Shown here piece after piece: positions 12,336 to 24,669 of a stretch of DNA of 64,000 nucleotides. Origin of the DNA: Octopus vulgaris (Eukaryota); the NCBI GenBank assembly GCA_951406725.2, contig OX597825.1, forward strand, positions 46,748,001 through 46,812,000, read 5' to 3'. The translations under genes and the position numbers were made by a program. The notes under the pieces were generated by a model. It searched no databases, was not told the DNA's origin, and worked only from the letters and a program-made list of their open reading frames with translations. How positions within the stretch are numbered: position 1 is the stretch's first letter; each line of letters opens with the position of its first letter.

Positions 12336-12765
12336 TACTCCTCATTTCGAGCATTCAATGACAATATAAGTTTTTGAAGACAGTTGCTCCCATAAATGCC
12401 AAAATAAAAGTTTGGATTTTATGGAGGATGAAAGTTGGGTACAAAAACAGGACAATGGAGACATACAAAGAAACCGAACGAAAATAAACATGAAGGGTCA
12501 TTAGACCAGAACAAGGAGAAATAGTGAACGCTGAGAGAAATGTTTTCTTTGAAAAGAGAAAAGATAGAAGACATCCAGTCCTTAGAATGTCTGTGCAGGA
12601 AAAGATAGTCACATGTAGAAAAGAAAGATGGATGATGGTCATGTGTGAGCAACGAGAGAGAGAGAAAAAGAGAAAGAGAGAAAGAGAGAGACAGATACAA
12701 AACGGTGAAGGGGGAAAAAGGATGGAGGAGAAAGCAGTATAGTTGGTGACGTCTTGTACCCATAT
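12332..12765 (-). mobile_element. PLE-type tail, family F1
   Basis: Reverse complement of 14230-14645, with a short inverted copy of the family 3' end at 12740-12765. Confidence 0.65.
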
Positions 12766-12780
12766 ATACATATATATATA

Positions 12781-12819
<39 letters not shown>

Positions 12820-12821
<2 letters not shown>

Positions 12822-14084
12822 AAACAAGTAAAAAATAGAAAATGCTAAAATAATTTTATAGTGAACATTTCAGTACCGGTTTCGGTCATTTTGAGACCTT
12901 TTCAACTGTAACGATTAAATAATTAAATTTAGAAAAATTAGAAGAAAAGTTTTTTTGAAACAATATTTCTATAGTAGTGTTCAGATTTAAGTGGCATTCT
13001 GCCTTTCTCTGACTCCCTTGTTTGCACTTGTGTGTTCGAGGTAGTTGTGAGTTCTTGGTAGGGTAGTAGAGGGAAGGCTGGTGAGGAAAGGGGGTGGGAG
13101 AATCTGGGAGTGCCCTGATGGTCGTATTTTGAATGGTCAGTGGCGGCTGGCAGTCTCAGTTCAATTCAGGAGAATATTTATATCGACAGGCTTGTTTATA
13201 GAATTAGCGTAGGTGTTATACTAAGAAACATTAGTGACAAACTTAAGGGGTAGGGGGTGGAGAAGAAGAAGAAGGAGAAGGAGAAGGAGAAGATGATGGT
13301 GATGGTGGTGATGATTATGACGACGATGATGATGATAACGATGATGATGAAGAAGAAGAAGAAGAAGAAGGAGGAGAAGGAGAAGATGGTGGTGATGATG
13401 GTGGCGATGATGATGACGCCGATGATGATGATAACGATGATGATGAAGAAGAAGAAGAAGAAAAAAACAGAGAAGGGAGAATATGAATGGGTGTAAATAT
13501 AGCTATGAAGGGGCTGATTAGTAATGGATTCTATGGAGTGTAGTATTTGTGTGTGTATATATATTTTTTTCTTTTATTCTAAAGTTGAGGTATATTAATT
13601 GTTTGTCGTAGACCCGTTAAGAAGTGGCTTGTATTTTGTAATAAAGAGATTTTCTTTACTTATTCTTTGTCTCGAGGTTGTATCGTCCCTAAATTGGTAG
13701 AGGGGGAAAATTCTGAAGTTTGGTGTTTTTTTGTTGGCGCAAGTATCTATGTGTTGGCTAAAAGCTATTTTTCTGTTTTGGGGAATTTTTATCTGGGATC
13801 TGTGCAAGGCCATTCGTTTACGCAAACCATTTTTTGTTTGGCCTATGTACTGCTCTTGACACCCGGAGCAGGTTAGTGAGTATATTAGGTTCTCCGAAGC
13901 ACATGTGAAGTTGCTTTTCACTGTAAACCGTTGTCCCTGTTTGAAGGAGAACTCAGAACCCTCGATTAGATAGTCGCATATCCCGCAATTGGGTCTTCCA
14001 CATTTTTTTACTGTCGGCTTCTGTGTTGAAGAGTGAATTCGGGCTTGTGTAAGGAGACTTTTCATGGATCTAGGCTGTCTTTTG

Positions 14085-14087
<3 letters not shown>
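12820..14087 (-). mobile_element. Penelope-like element 3' portion: GIY-YIG endonuclease plus tail
   Basis: ORF 13595-14065 has KCGRPNCGIC and NLIYSLTCSGCQEQYIGQT..LRKRMALH; both ends lie in (TA)n; HHR in the tail. Confidence 0.9.
12871..12908 (-). ncRNA. Minimal hammerhead, U3-A8 variant
   Basis: CAG-TTGAAAA-GGTC tcaaaat GACC-GAAA-CCGG-TA-CTG. Confidence 0.7.
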
Positions 14088-14149
<62 letters not shown>

Positions 14150-14151
<2 letters not shown>

Positions 14152-14781
14152 TTATTCAAGTGAACACCAGGCATCCATTTCCAAATTAGTTTATCTTAAC
14201 CTTTTTGATGCAACTCTACTCTGTACTGTTTTCTTACCCATCCTTCTCTAATTCCCTTTTTCTCCCCTCCCTCCATCACCATTTTCTAGCTGTCTCTCTC
14301 CCCCTCCCCTCTTTCTCTTTTCCTCTCTCTTGTTGCTCACACATGACCAGCATCCATCTTTCTTTTCCTGCACAGACGTACGAAATACAGGACGTTTTAT
14401 ATCTCTTTCTTCTATCTTTTCTCTTTCCAAAAAAAATATTTCACTCAGCGTTCACTATTTTACCCTCATTCAGGTCTAACGACCCTGCATGTTTGTTTTT
14501 GTTCGGTTTCCTTGTATGTCTCCACTGTCCTGTTTTTGTTCCCAAGTTTGGTCTGCTGTAAAATCTAAAATTTCATTTTGGAAGTTATGGGAGCAACTGT
14601 CTTCGATAACTCATATTGTCATTGAATGCTCAAAATGAGGAGTAAATAGACAACCGCCAACTGATGAAGGGTCGTTCTTTGTGTTACTTGTCCTGTTTTC
14701 CATTTTTTCTCATTGCTTGCATATTTAAATCGCTTGTTTATGTGCTTCATGTTGTTTACTGTTGGTGACATTCTATATCCA

Positions 14782-14785
<4 letters not shown>
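14150..14785 (+). mobile_element. PLE-type tail, family F1
   Basis: Homologous to 12332-12765 and 28014-28170; lies between two (TA)n tracts. Confidence 0.65.
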
Positions 14786-15110
<325 letters not shown>

Positions 15111-15170
15111 ACTGGGAGCGTATAAATCTATTAATATCTTCTTTATAATTGTATTTCTTTACTTTTATAG

Positions 15171-15416
15171 TTTGGTCCACTTACTGACAGAGAAGTTAGG
15201 CGTTTGCCATGTTCCAGTTTCAATGGTTATAGCACTGCCAGAGCATTGGCTAAACTATATGGGAATCTTGTCAATACTGGTAACAACAAAGGAAAAGATA
15301 TTTTGTCAAAACCTACTGTTGAACTTCTTGACAAAGTTTTAATAAATGGAACTGATGCAGTTTTAAAATTTGAAATTGCTTGGAGTGTAGGATTAATGAA
15401 GATTCCTGTACCAACG
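15171..15416 (+). CDS. Beta-lactamase-family protein, fourth exon
   Basis: Acceptor ttttatag at 15170, donor gtcagt at 15417; 246 nt, phase 0 to 0; [31 protein letters not shown]...[13 protein letters not shown]. Confidence 0.92.
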
Positions 15417-16320
15417 GTCAGTATTATTAGATTATATGCATGCAAGTATATATTTTATGTGGTTTAAAGTGTTTTTTTTTTACCCATGGGTCTCAGTTTC
15501 CTCTTGCTTAGGAAACTGAGACCCATAAGTTGCTATTAATCTCTAATTCAATTCTTTTATGTAGTTTAGCAGGACATGAGCTGCTGCAGGTGATTTTTCA
15601 AAATTCTGTACTTCTTGGGTCATTAGTAACAAACATAGAATGATAATATAGGATTATGTTCCAGCTGATAAGGTATCTCTCTCGAGATATTACGGACAAA
15701 GCAAAGTATCTGTTCTTATTTGGTGACATGACTTAACTAGGAAAGTTCCTCCTACTGCACTATTTTACAAACACTGGCACTGAGAAAGGAAACATGTAAT
15801 GGGAAGTCGCATGTCAAAAGGTGTTGTTATTCTGAAGCCAAGTGCCAGTCCAAATGCTTATTAGAAACTGAAATCCATTAAAAGTAACCAAATTCCAAGT
15901 TGTGGTGTTAAACCAGCCAGTGTTTCAAACATGCCTCCATAAAAATAAAAGAAAAAGGACTATGCTGTTTATTAGAACAGTAAAACTAGATAAATTCTTT
16001 TAGTTGACTTAAAGCTCTTTCTGGCATGGGAAAGGGGACTCACCCTCTTCCCACTGACATGGCTGATTGTTTGCAGTTAGGTATGGCCAGAGCTCATAAG
16101 TAAGTTTCCTTCCGAGCATGTGTAAATGTTAGAATCCTTTTGAAATGGTTTTCTGACAGACAATTGTATGTTTGCAAGGCCACCAAAATGGTAAATAATC
16201 TGATATAGAGATAAATACACAACAAAAATAAGCTGAAATTCAATAGGTAGTGAAAGATATAAAGAGCATAGAAACAAAAGTATATATTTTTTCTTCTTTT
16301 AATGGTTTCAGATATTTATA

Positions 16321-17785
16321 CACCCAGAATCATGCTAATAACTTAGGAGTGAAATTTAGGATTTCTTAGTTTCCTGTGACTTGATTTTGATAAAACTTTT
16401 TTCAGCTGGTGTGCACACTATGGCAACATCATTGTTATGTTTTCATTATTCTGTGTAACATCCTTTCTTTTTTATTTCAGATTCTTCAATTTTGGGATGA
16501 ACTATACAAATAGCTTTTGAATAGAAATAGCCCATCTAAACATTGTTTTTCAGAAAATGAGGGATAATGATACATATTAAGCATACATTGAGTATGAGTA
16601 TATATTTAACATAATTTTATAACATTTATTGGCATAATGGATTATTTAGCCACATGAGCACCAAGGAAGAATTGATCTGATTGTGGGACCTCCAAGACTG
16701 TGACAGCTAGGGATTTAAGGAATATTGGCTGCAAGTTAAGTGGGAAAGCTGGACAAACAAGCAAAGCCATTTTTACCACCTCCGAAATTCCTCATGTACC
16801 AAAAACCACCAGAAATCGCATCCTCAGGGCCATGATTTCCATGCAAGAACTCCTGAAACTGCCTTTTTATAGGAGTTAGACATGAGTTGTATTCTGTTCA
16901 CTGACAAAACCAGGGTGACTCTTGACGAACCTGATGGTTGGGCAAATGGTTGGGTCTATTTTGGAGATGAGCACCACCAACATCAACAACAGGGTGGAGG
17001 TGTCATGTTGTGGGCTGGTATCATTGGGGACAGACTTGTTGGTCCAGTCAGGGTGCCTGAAGAAGTTAAAGTGACTGCAGCCGCCTACTGCAATCTCCTG
17101 AAGGAGGTCTTGGATCCCTAGCTAGATGCCATACCACTGTCACTTCTCCGGAATCTTGTATTCATGCATGACAACACTCCTTCCTACTTTGCTAGGACTA
17201 CCCAAATATTCTTAGGGTCTTATGATATACAAGGTGAAAGGTTGATGGTGTGGCCGCTCGCATCTCCAGATCTCAATCCTATTGAAAATCTTTGATCCAT
17301 CATTAAACAAGATGTTTATGTTGATGGATGCCAATTTATGTCAGAAGATGTCTTATGGGCGACCATCAAAGCTGCAGCAGAGGTAGTCCAATCTGCTACT
17401 ATAAAGAAATTAATAGATTCCATAACTAATAAGGTTTTTGAAGCGACCCATCAAAATGGTGCTCATGTGGCTAAATAATTCATTATGTCAATAAATGTTA
17501 TAATATTATATTTTTCTGTTAAATATATACTTGATGTATACCAAGTATATACTTCTGAAAAACAATGTTTAGATGGGCTATTTCTATTCAAAAGCTATTT
17601 GCATAGTTCACTCAAAAACTGAAGAAGCTGAAATAAAAAAAGAAAAGACATTACACAGAAAAATGAAAACATAATGACGTTGTCATAGTGTGCAAACCAG
17701 CTGCGAAAAGTTTTATCAAAATCGATTCACAGAAAACCGAGAAATCCTAAATTTCACTCCTAACCTATTAGCATGATTCTGAATT
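16321..17785 (+). mobile_element. Tc1-like DD37E (TRT-type) transposon with about 230-bp TIRs, decayed
   Basis: TIRs 16325-16555 and 17553-17781; LFTD..TLDEPDGWANGW and GGGVMLWAGI; 37 residues between the MHDN aspartate and the NPIE glutamate; in-frame stops. Confidence 0.88.
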
Positions 17786-17870
17786 TATGTATCCATGTTG
17801 GGGATCAGCCTTTTGGTATATGGTTGGTTACATCAACTTTAGTAATTATTTTATACACTGATACTTATGT

Positions 17871-18081
17871 TGGTTTCAAATTTTAGTACAGATCGAGCAG
17901 TTTTGGGAGTAGGGGTAAGTCGATTACTTTGACCCTAATACCCAACTGACTTATTATATCAATCCCAAAAGGATGAAAGGCAATGTTGACCTCATTGGAA
18001 TTTGAAATCAGACCAAGAAGACATGAAACACCACTAAGCATTTTGCATGAAGTGCTAATGATTATGCCAGCTTAGCACCTT
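17871..18081 (-). mobile_element. tRNA-derived SINE, family A, diverged
   Basis: Reverse complement of the 21047 family (GCCTTTCATCCTTT core). Confidence 0.75.
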
Positions 18082-18863
18082 ACTGGTACTTATCATATTG
18101 AGATCTGGTAGATGAAAGAAAAATCTGTGGGATTTTCCATTTAAGACTAAAAAATTTGCCAAATACACTCAGTATTTTCCCAATGAAACAAGCAAATCAA
18201 CATACATACATACATACATACATACATACATACATACATACAGGCAGGCAGGCAGGTAGGCAGGCAGGCAGACAGACAGATTATGTCATATGTAAACAAA
18301 CATAAGTTTGTTTTTGAAGTGTTGAAATGTATTGTAGAACAAGTAGAAAGAAATTTTTTTCAACGCGGAAAAACTGAACAGTATATAAATAAAGGATCTC
18401 ATTCTTCTGTTTGATGAGATCTCATTCATCTGTTTGAATTCGGAAGTACTGCTATTTGATGGCGCTTGGTCGAATACATATATTAATTATCAGTGCTCTC
18501 AAATTTAAAATTTGAAATACTGTACTGATGGAGAGAATGAGTGAGTAAAAATATGATTTTACATTTTTTACATCTCTCTAACCCCAAAACGTGTATACAG
18601 TTAATCAGAGCCAGGTGGAATCGTTATTTTTTCTCTTTACCTGCATGAGTTGTTGAGTATTCCTGTCTGGGAGATATCTTATGGTAGTAGAATAGTATTT
18701 TCACTGCTATTTCTAAATTTTGGTATGTGGTGAAGCAAATTTTGCTGTACCCTAATTATAATTATGCTAATAATTATAGAACTTTTGTATATATGTACAT
18801 ATGTATATACATATATATATATACATAAATATATATATCTACATATTTATGTATATATATATA

Positions 18864-19285
18864 GGTAAAAGTTTTTAATTTTCATTCCCTTCGAAATTGC
18901 TCTTAAATGTGGTTTTGGTCGTTTTATATATATATAAAAAACGACCAAAACCACATTTAAGAGCAATTTCGAAGGGAATGAAAAATAAAAACTTTTACCT
19001 TGTTATTTTTTTATGGTTATACCTAGATTTCAAATTTTTTTAGCAAATAAAATAATTTGCCAGGTGAAATTCTCATCAGTAACCGTGTGATAACACTAAT
19101 ATATAATTAAGAGACAAATAACACGTGTCTCATCATTATATGTTATAATTTTTCAAATTCCCCGTGCAAGTGCAATTTCAGTTGGCAGTCAATGAAAAAT
19201 GCCGAACTGAGAATATGTTGTCTATTGACTTTTTATACATGCTAGGCCACTGGTAGTGAAATTTCTATAAATATTCACTACCCTA
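18864..19285 (-). mobile_element. ORF-less PLE-type tail with inverted terminal copy
   Basis: 18864-18925 and 18936-19000 are inverted around a TA run; HHR adjacent. Confidence 0.7.
19015..19084 (-). ncRNA. Minimal hammerhead with long stem II
   Basis: GGTTA-CTGATGA-GAATTT..TGGCAAAT/ATTTGCTA..AAATTT-GAAA-TCTAGG-TA-TAACC. Confidence 0.8.
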
Positions 19286-19664
19286 TATATATATACACAC
19301 ACATATATATATAAATATAGACCTGAATATTAAAAGATAGTAACTCTTTCACAGAACAACAATGAAGGGCTCAATATATCAAGTGGGGATATCAGAATTC
19401 AATAAAGGAAGATAGAGTCAGATATCAAGTTATTCTTGGTCAAAACCAACACATATTCAAGCTGGGAGCATAACTATATTTATACATAAATATTTATTAT
19501 ACCATATATATTTCTTCATACGATCCCATTCAAAATCAAAATTGGATGACACCGTGCATACACATATACAGATGAATATATATAATTAAATTAAAAGTCA
19601 CCAGTGGATAAGATAACAGTAATTTAAAAGAAAGTCCTTGAATGTATCAAATAAGATGAAAAAC

Positions 19665-19746
19665 ATCTTACGGCTGTTTCAGGGAATGTGCGAAAAGGTA
19701 GATACGTCTTTTCAGCTTCGGTGATCACATTTCCTTCATCAGAGAT
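19665..19746 (-). ncRNA. Minimal hammerhead with long stem II, in an ORF-less tail (about 19320-19840)
   Basis: ATCT-CTGATGA-AGGAAATGTG..CACATTCCCT-GAAA-CAGCCG-TA-AGAT. Confidence 0.8.
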
Positions 19747-21046
19747 TCGTAGTTATAAAAGCATTTCAAATTTTTAGAAGGAATTGAACTTTAAACACTG
19801 ATGTAAAAATTGTAAATAAATATAAAAATTTCAAAAGTCCTCTCTCCATTGAATCCCTCTCCCACTCTCTCACCACCTCTGCTTTCTTCAAACCCGCAAA
19901 CTTTTACCTCTACCTCAACTTTTCCTCCTCCCATCCCTCCCACGCCAAACGGGACATCCCCTGTTCCCAGTTTCCCCGCCTCCAATGCCTGTGCAGTCAG
20001 AACCAGGATTTCAAGACCCAGTCCCAGTACCTGGCCTGCTTGTTCATGCATCATGGATACTCATCAACCCTTGTCCAAATTGCTTTACTCGTGCTCGTCA
20101 AATCCTTCCCCACACCAGTCCCCTAAACGCCACCCCTTTCCTTTTCTTTTCCATCCCTCCACCCTAACCCTTTGTCAGAGGATCCTGTGAGCCTTCCATC
20201 GCCTCCAACTAAATCCCACCACCCTCCCTATTTTTCCCAACCTACCCTTGCCCTCCTTCAAACGCACCCATAACCTATGCAATCTACTGGTCCATAGCTA
20301 CCCCTCCATTCTAGCCCCACCTGGATTCTTTCTTTGCTTCAGATCCCGTTGCCACACCTGTCTCTTCATCACTAACACCACCTCTCTCACTGGACCCAAC
20401 CAGAACACCCTCTACATTAGGAATTCCTTCTTCTGCACTTCTTCCAGCGTTATTTACTGCATCGGTTGTAATCACTGCAACAAACTTTATGTTGGTCAGA
20501 TGGGCTGCCAGCTAGCTGACCAGTTCACCGAACATCTTCGAGATGTTCATCTACGTACGAATGCACACGTCGACCATCATTTTTGGTTGGTCACCTACTC
20601 CATCTCACATATGACCGTCTTTGGCCTTTACTCTAGGCTCCACCTGGGACAGCGTTACAATTTCACTCTACATACTCAAACTCCTTTCAGACAACCCCCT
20701 GTTCTCAATGACTGTCCCTTATTTCAATTTTATATTGTTTATTCTTTTATTTGGTTATTCATTATTGGTTTATTCTGATTTTTTGATGCTTTAATTGTTA
20801 AATTTCTTTTTGATTTGTTTATTCTGAATTACAAAACTTAAAATTCATTTTTATTTATTTCTGTTATGATTTTATTGGTTTATTTTGACTTTTTTCCTTT
20901 TATTTCATATTCTTAATTTTTATTTTAATTTCTTTTATCTTATTTATTTATTTATTTATTTTACTGATTTGCTCATATAATCTTTTTTTACGAAATTTTA
21001 TTTATTATTTTTCATTTGTCATTTATTTTTCATTACTAATTGTATT

Positions 21047-21450
21047 AAGGCGGTGAGCTGGCAGAATCGTTAGCGCGCTGGGCGAAATGCTTAGCGGTAT
21101 TTTGTCTGCCGCTACGTTCTGCGTTCAAATTCCGCCAAGGTCGACTTTGCCTTTCATCCTTTCGGGGTAGATTAAATAAGTGCCAGTTACGCACTAGGGT
21201 CGATATAATCAACTTAATCCGTTTATCTGTTCTTGTTTGTCCTCTCTGTGTTTAGCCCCTTGTGGGTAGTAAAGAAATAGGTATTTCGTCTGTCTTTACG
21301 TTCTGAGTTCAAATTCTGCCGAAGTCGACTTTGCCTTTCATCCTTTCGGCTTTGATAAATTAAGTACAAGTGAAACACTGGGGTCGATCAAATTGACTGG
21401 CCCCTTCCCCCCAAATTTTGGGCCTTATGCCTAGATTAGAAAAGATTATT
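21047..21450 (+). mobile_element. tRNA-derived SINE, family A, with partially duplicated body
   Basis: A-box-like TGGCAGAATCG and B-box GTTCAAATTCC; core GCCTTTCATCCTTTCGG occurs twice. Confidence 0.85.
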
Positions 21451-22699
21451 AATTGTATTAATTTTTATATTTTTATATTTTATATTTTACCACACATCAC
21501 ACCCCACACACCACATACACATCACACACACCTCACAATCCACACACACCTCACAATACACACACACCTCACAATCCACACACACACACCATACGCACCA
21601 CATACACACCACACACAACACATACACCACACACACGACACCCACTCCCGTGTGCACACACACACACGCACGTACATACACCCCTCACACATCTCCACAC
21701 ACACGCACTCACACAGGCATACACACACATGCAAGCTCACACACCTGATACCCACACATAAACACACACACCACCTCACTCCTCTCTCCCTCTCACGCAT
21801 GCACACACTCACACACTCACACACATAAACATGCACACACATATGCATGCACATAGGTCTACACACACATGCGCACAAATGCACACAACCCACACACCAC
21901 ACATACACCACGCACACCACACATACGCCACACACATCTGCACACACAACACAAGCATATGTCAACATATACATGCATGCACATACGAACACACACACAC
22001 ACACATGTACACATACCCATATACATATATATATATACTGAGAGGAGTGACATAACGACACACAAAGATAGACACACCAACACCCATACACCTGCACAGA
22101 CACACATACACACAGCCAGCCTTGGTCATTCACATAGCCACAGCCACGCATTCGCATTTCCTTCAGACAATGCACCCTCACTTCTCTCCCTTTTATGTAC
22201 AAACACACACACATAGACACAGGCACATGAATGCACATCCACATCCACCCATTCACACACTCTTCAGACTGCTTCAGACTGCCTCTTACACACCCTTCAG
22301 ACTGCCCTAATTCACTATTGATAATACCTTCTATGCACATGTACTAAAACACACATACACACATGCTGCCACACCCATCCATACACATACCTGCCACTAT
22401 AGCTGCTGATGTTTCCCTATATTACACACACCAATATCACCACACGTACACATGCTACCACACACACAAATGCTCAGCTACTTCCTCCAAACACACACAC
22501 TACTATACATACACGCTATCACACACCCCACCACACACATGCACACAGGTACCAACCATTCTTCTTACTCTCCTGTCTCAGAAAGCACTTTCTCTTCATC
22601 CTTCTACTTTTGGTCATTTCAAAAATGTAAATACACGTAGACTGTTGGCGATTTTTTCCCCTCCTTCTTCCTTTTCCTTTGGACTTTCCTATTTTACCT

Positions 22700-22734
22700 G
22701 TTTCCAAAGAAGAGCTATGCTCGAAATGTAAAAC
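22700..22734 (+). ncRNA. Degenerate minimal hammerhead motif
   Basis: GTTT-CCAAAGA-AGAGC tat GCTC-GAAA-TG-TA-AAAC; core mutated; resembles 35078-35112. Confidence 0.45.
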
Positions 22735-22895
22735 AACTACTCTTTTCCCTCTCTGAGCATAATAATACCTTACATGTGCTACGTCCTCACATTGTTGTTG
22801 TTTCTTGTCTTTTTCTCCATTTTTTGAATTAATTATATATATATATATATATATGTATATGGAGAGAGAGAGAGAGAGAGAGAGTGAGAGAGAGA

Positions 22896-22924
<29 letters not shown>

Positions 22925-22926
<2 letters not shown>

Positions 22927-24590
22927 TATAAAAGGGATTAGTTATTCTGGCGGATACCGTATTATCTCACAAATTGGTATCAATGGTGGCTATCCACAAC
23001 AGTTTATTACATAGTACCAAAGCTTAAGGGTGATACTGGTACTGGCAAGCTTCACTTGTTGGGTAGTTGGGTAGTATCCTCTAGAGTATATAAGTGATAA
23101 TGAAGAAGAGAGTGGAGATTTATTCATAGCCAAAACTATGGTATTTACTGTCTCGGAAAATGTTTAACCAATGTTGAATAGAACAATTTTGGTATACTGG
23201 AGATTACTTGTTTAGCAAAGGGAATTATATACCACTTGATATTGCCAGAGATATCTATGTTATTGAGGTATGTATTTCTATTTCTACTGAAGCTTTTCAT
23301 AAAAGTGTATAGCCTATTTACCTGGTTTCTATTTCGTCATTAAGTTTGTTTGCTATTATATTTGTCAGTTATTTGTATAGTAATATTGACTGAGAATGGG
23401 ACCTCTTGATAGCGTGGTTTCTGGAGGTGTTTATTTCTTCTTAAGGAGAATTTACAGAATTTAATATTCCTAATAATATTCCATAGTTGAAGGCGGCTAG
23501 GTGTTGGTTTGGTGGTGAGTATTTTCTCATTTAAAAAATTGGCTGCATCTGTTCATCTGTTGCGTTGTTGTTAGAATCTTCCTCTTTTTTTGTCAAGGAA
23601 GTATGTCCAACATCTCAATCTGTGTATGAAAGAATTGGTTTTGTAGATAAGGTCTTTGATATATTCTTTCTTTTGTGGTATTGGAATATCCTTAAGGGAT
23701 GCGTTGATATTAATTCTCTTTATTCTCTGGTTTTCTGCCATATTTGCTTGTTAAAAACTGAGAGTTACTTTGATTAGAGTATGAAAGGGTTAAGTTATCC
23801 TGGTGGTTAACGTATTATCTCACAAATTGACTATCCACAATGGTCCATTACATAGAGCCCAAGCTTAAAAGAGATACTTGTACTGGTAAGCTTTGCTTGT
23901 TAGGTAGTTCCGTATTTCTATTCAGAACTGCAAATATTCTCTAGCGTATATGATTGATAAGGAAAAGGAGAGTGGAGATTTATTCACAGTCAAAACTTTT
24001 TTATTAAAAAGTTTTTTTTACAGCATATGTTTCAATTGCAGTGACTGCACATTGCTCTGTATGCAATTATGGATCCCAGTCACTGCAATTTCAAGGGTCA
24101 ATCATGATGTTTTCAAAGTGAACTGATTCAAACAAGCATTCTGCATCGGTATTCAGTTGAAGGTGATAACGTTACTTTTTAAAACCAATGGGATTCTGGT
24201 CTTATAATCAGCTCTATTGGTATTAAAGTTGAAGCATGGTTTTGAAATGTTTATTCAGATTTCAATCAATTGTAGCAGTTTTATTTTCATTTTGCTGTAT
24301 GGCATATATTTTTTATTCAGAGGAGCTTAAGGAAAAAGAAAGAATTTTAGTGCATGTGGTTAAAACGGTAACTTGTATCATTTAACCCAATACCAATACT
24401 ATACACTACTCAAAAAAGAAATAACTAAAAGCTATAAAGTCACAAATTCTAACAACCTTACACAACTTAACTTGCTAGCTAAAGGTATTATGGAAAAATA
24501 TAATTTAGAAGATAAAACTGAACCTTACAAGCCTGAAACCTCTAGAATTAATCTTAAGGACCATAAACCCAACTATGTAGATAGATGGGA
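22925..24590. mobile_element. Decayed Naiad-like PLE pieces with about 220-bp direct repeats
   Basis: Direct repeats near 22925-23137 and 23777-23997; + strand RINLKDHKPNY near 24545; - strand PFSVNIT relic. Confidence 0.55.
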
Positions 24591-24669
24591 AGATAGGCAA
24601 GCTAATAAGTAGATAAATAGTTAAGTAGGTAGGTAGACAGATAGATAGATAGAATCATCAATATTCTCG

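Larger units (their letters stand above)
19850..22835 (+). mobile_element. Penelope-like element 3' portion: decayed GIY-YIG, T-rich and CA-rich UTR, terminal HHR relic
   Basis: ORF 20248-20778 has CFRSRCHTC and VIYCIGCNHCNKLYVGQ..LADQFTEH; joining it to the 22560-22835 tail is an inference. Confidence 0.7.

Noticed and set aside
13257-13496. K/M-rich ORF
   Set aside because: It derives from (GAA)/(GAT) triplet repeats in the PLE 3' UTR.
21047-21140. tRNA gene
   Set aside because: A/B boxes lead into a SINE body and no cloverleaf can be formed.
24020-24100. 14-bp hairpin followed by GAAA-CATATG on the minus strand as an HHR
   Set aside because: No recognisable CUGANGA, UH or stem I; at most a dead relic, so not counted.
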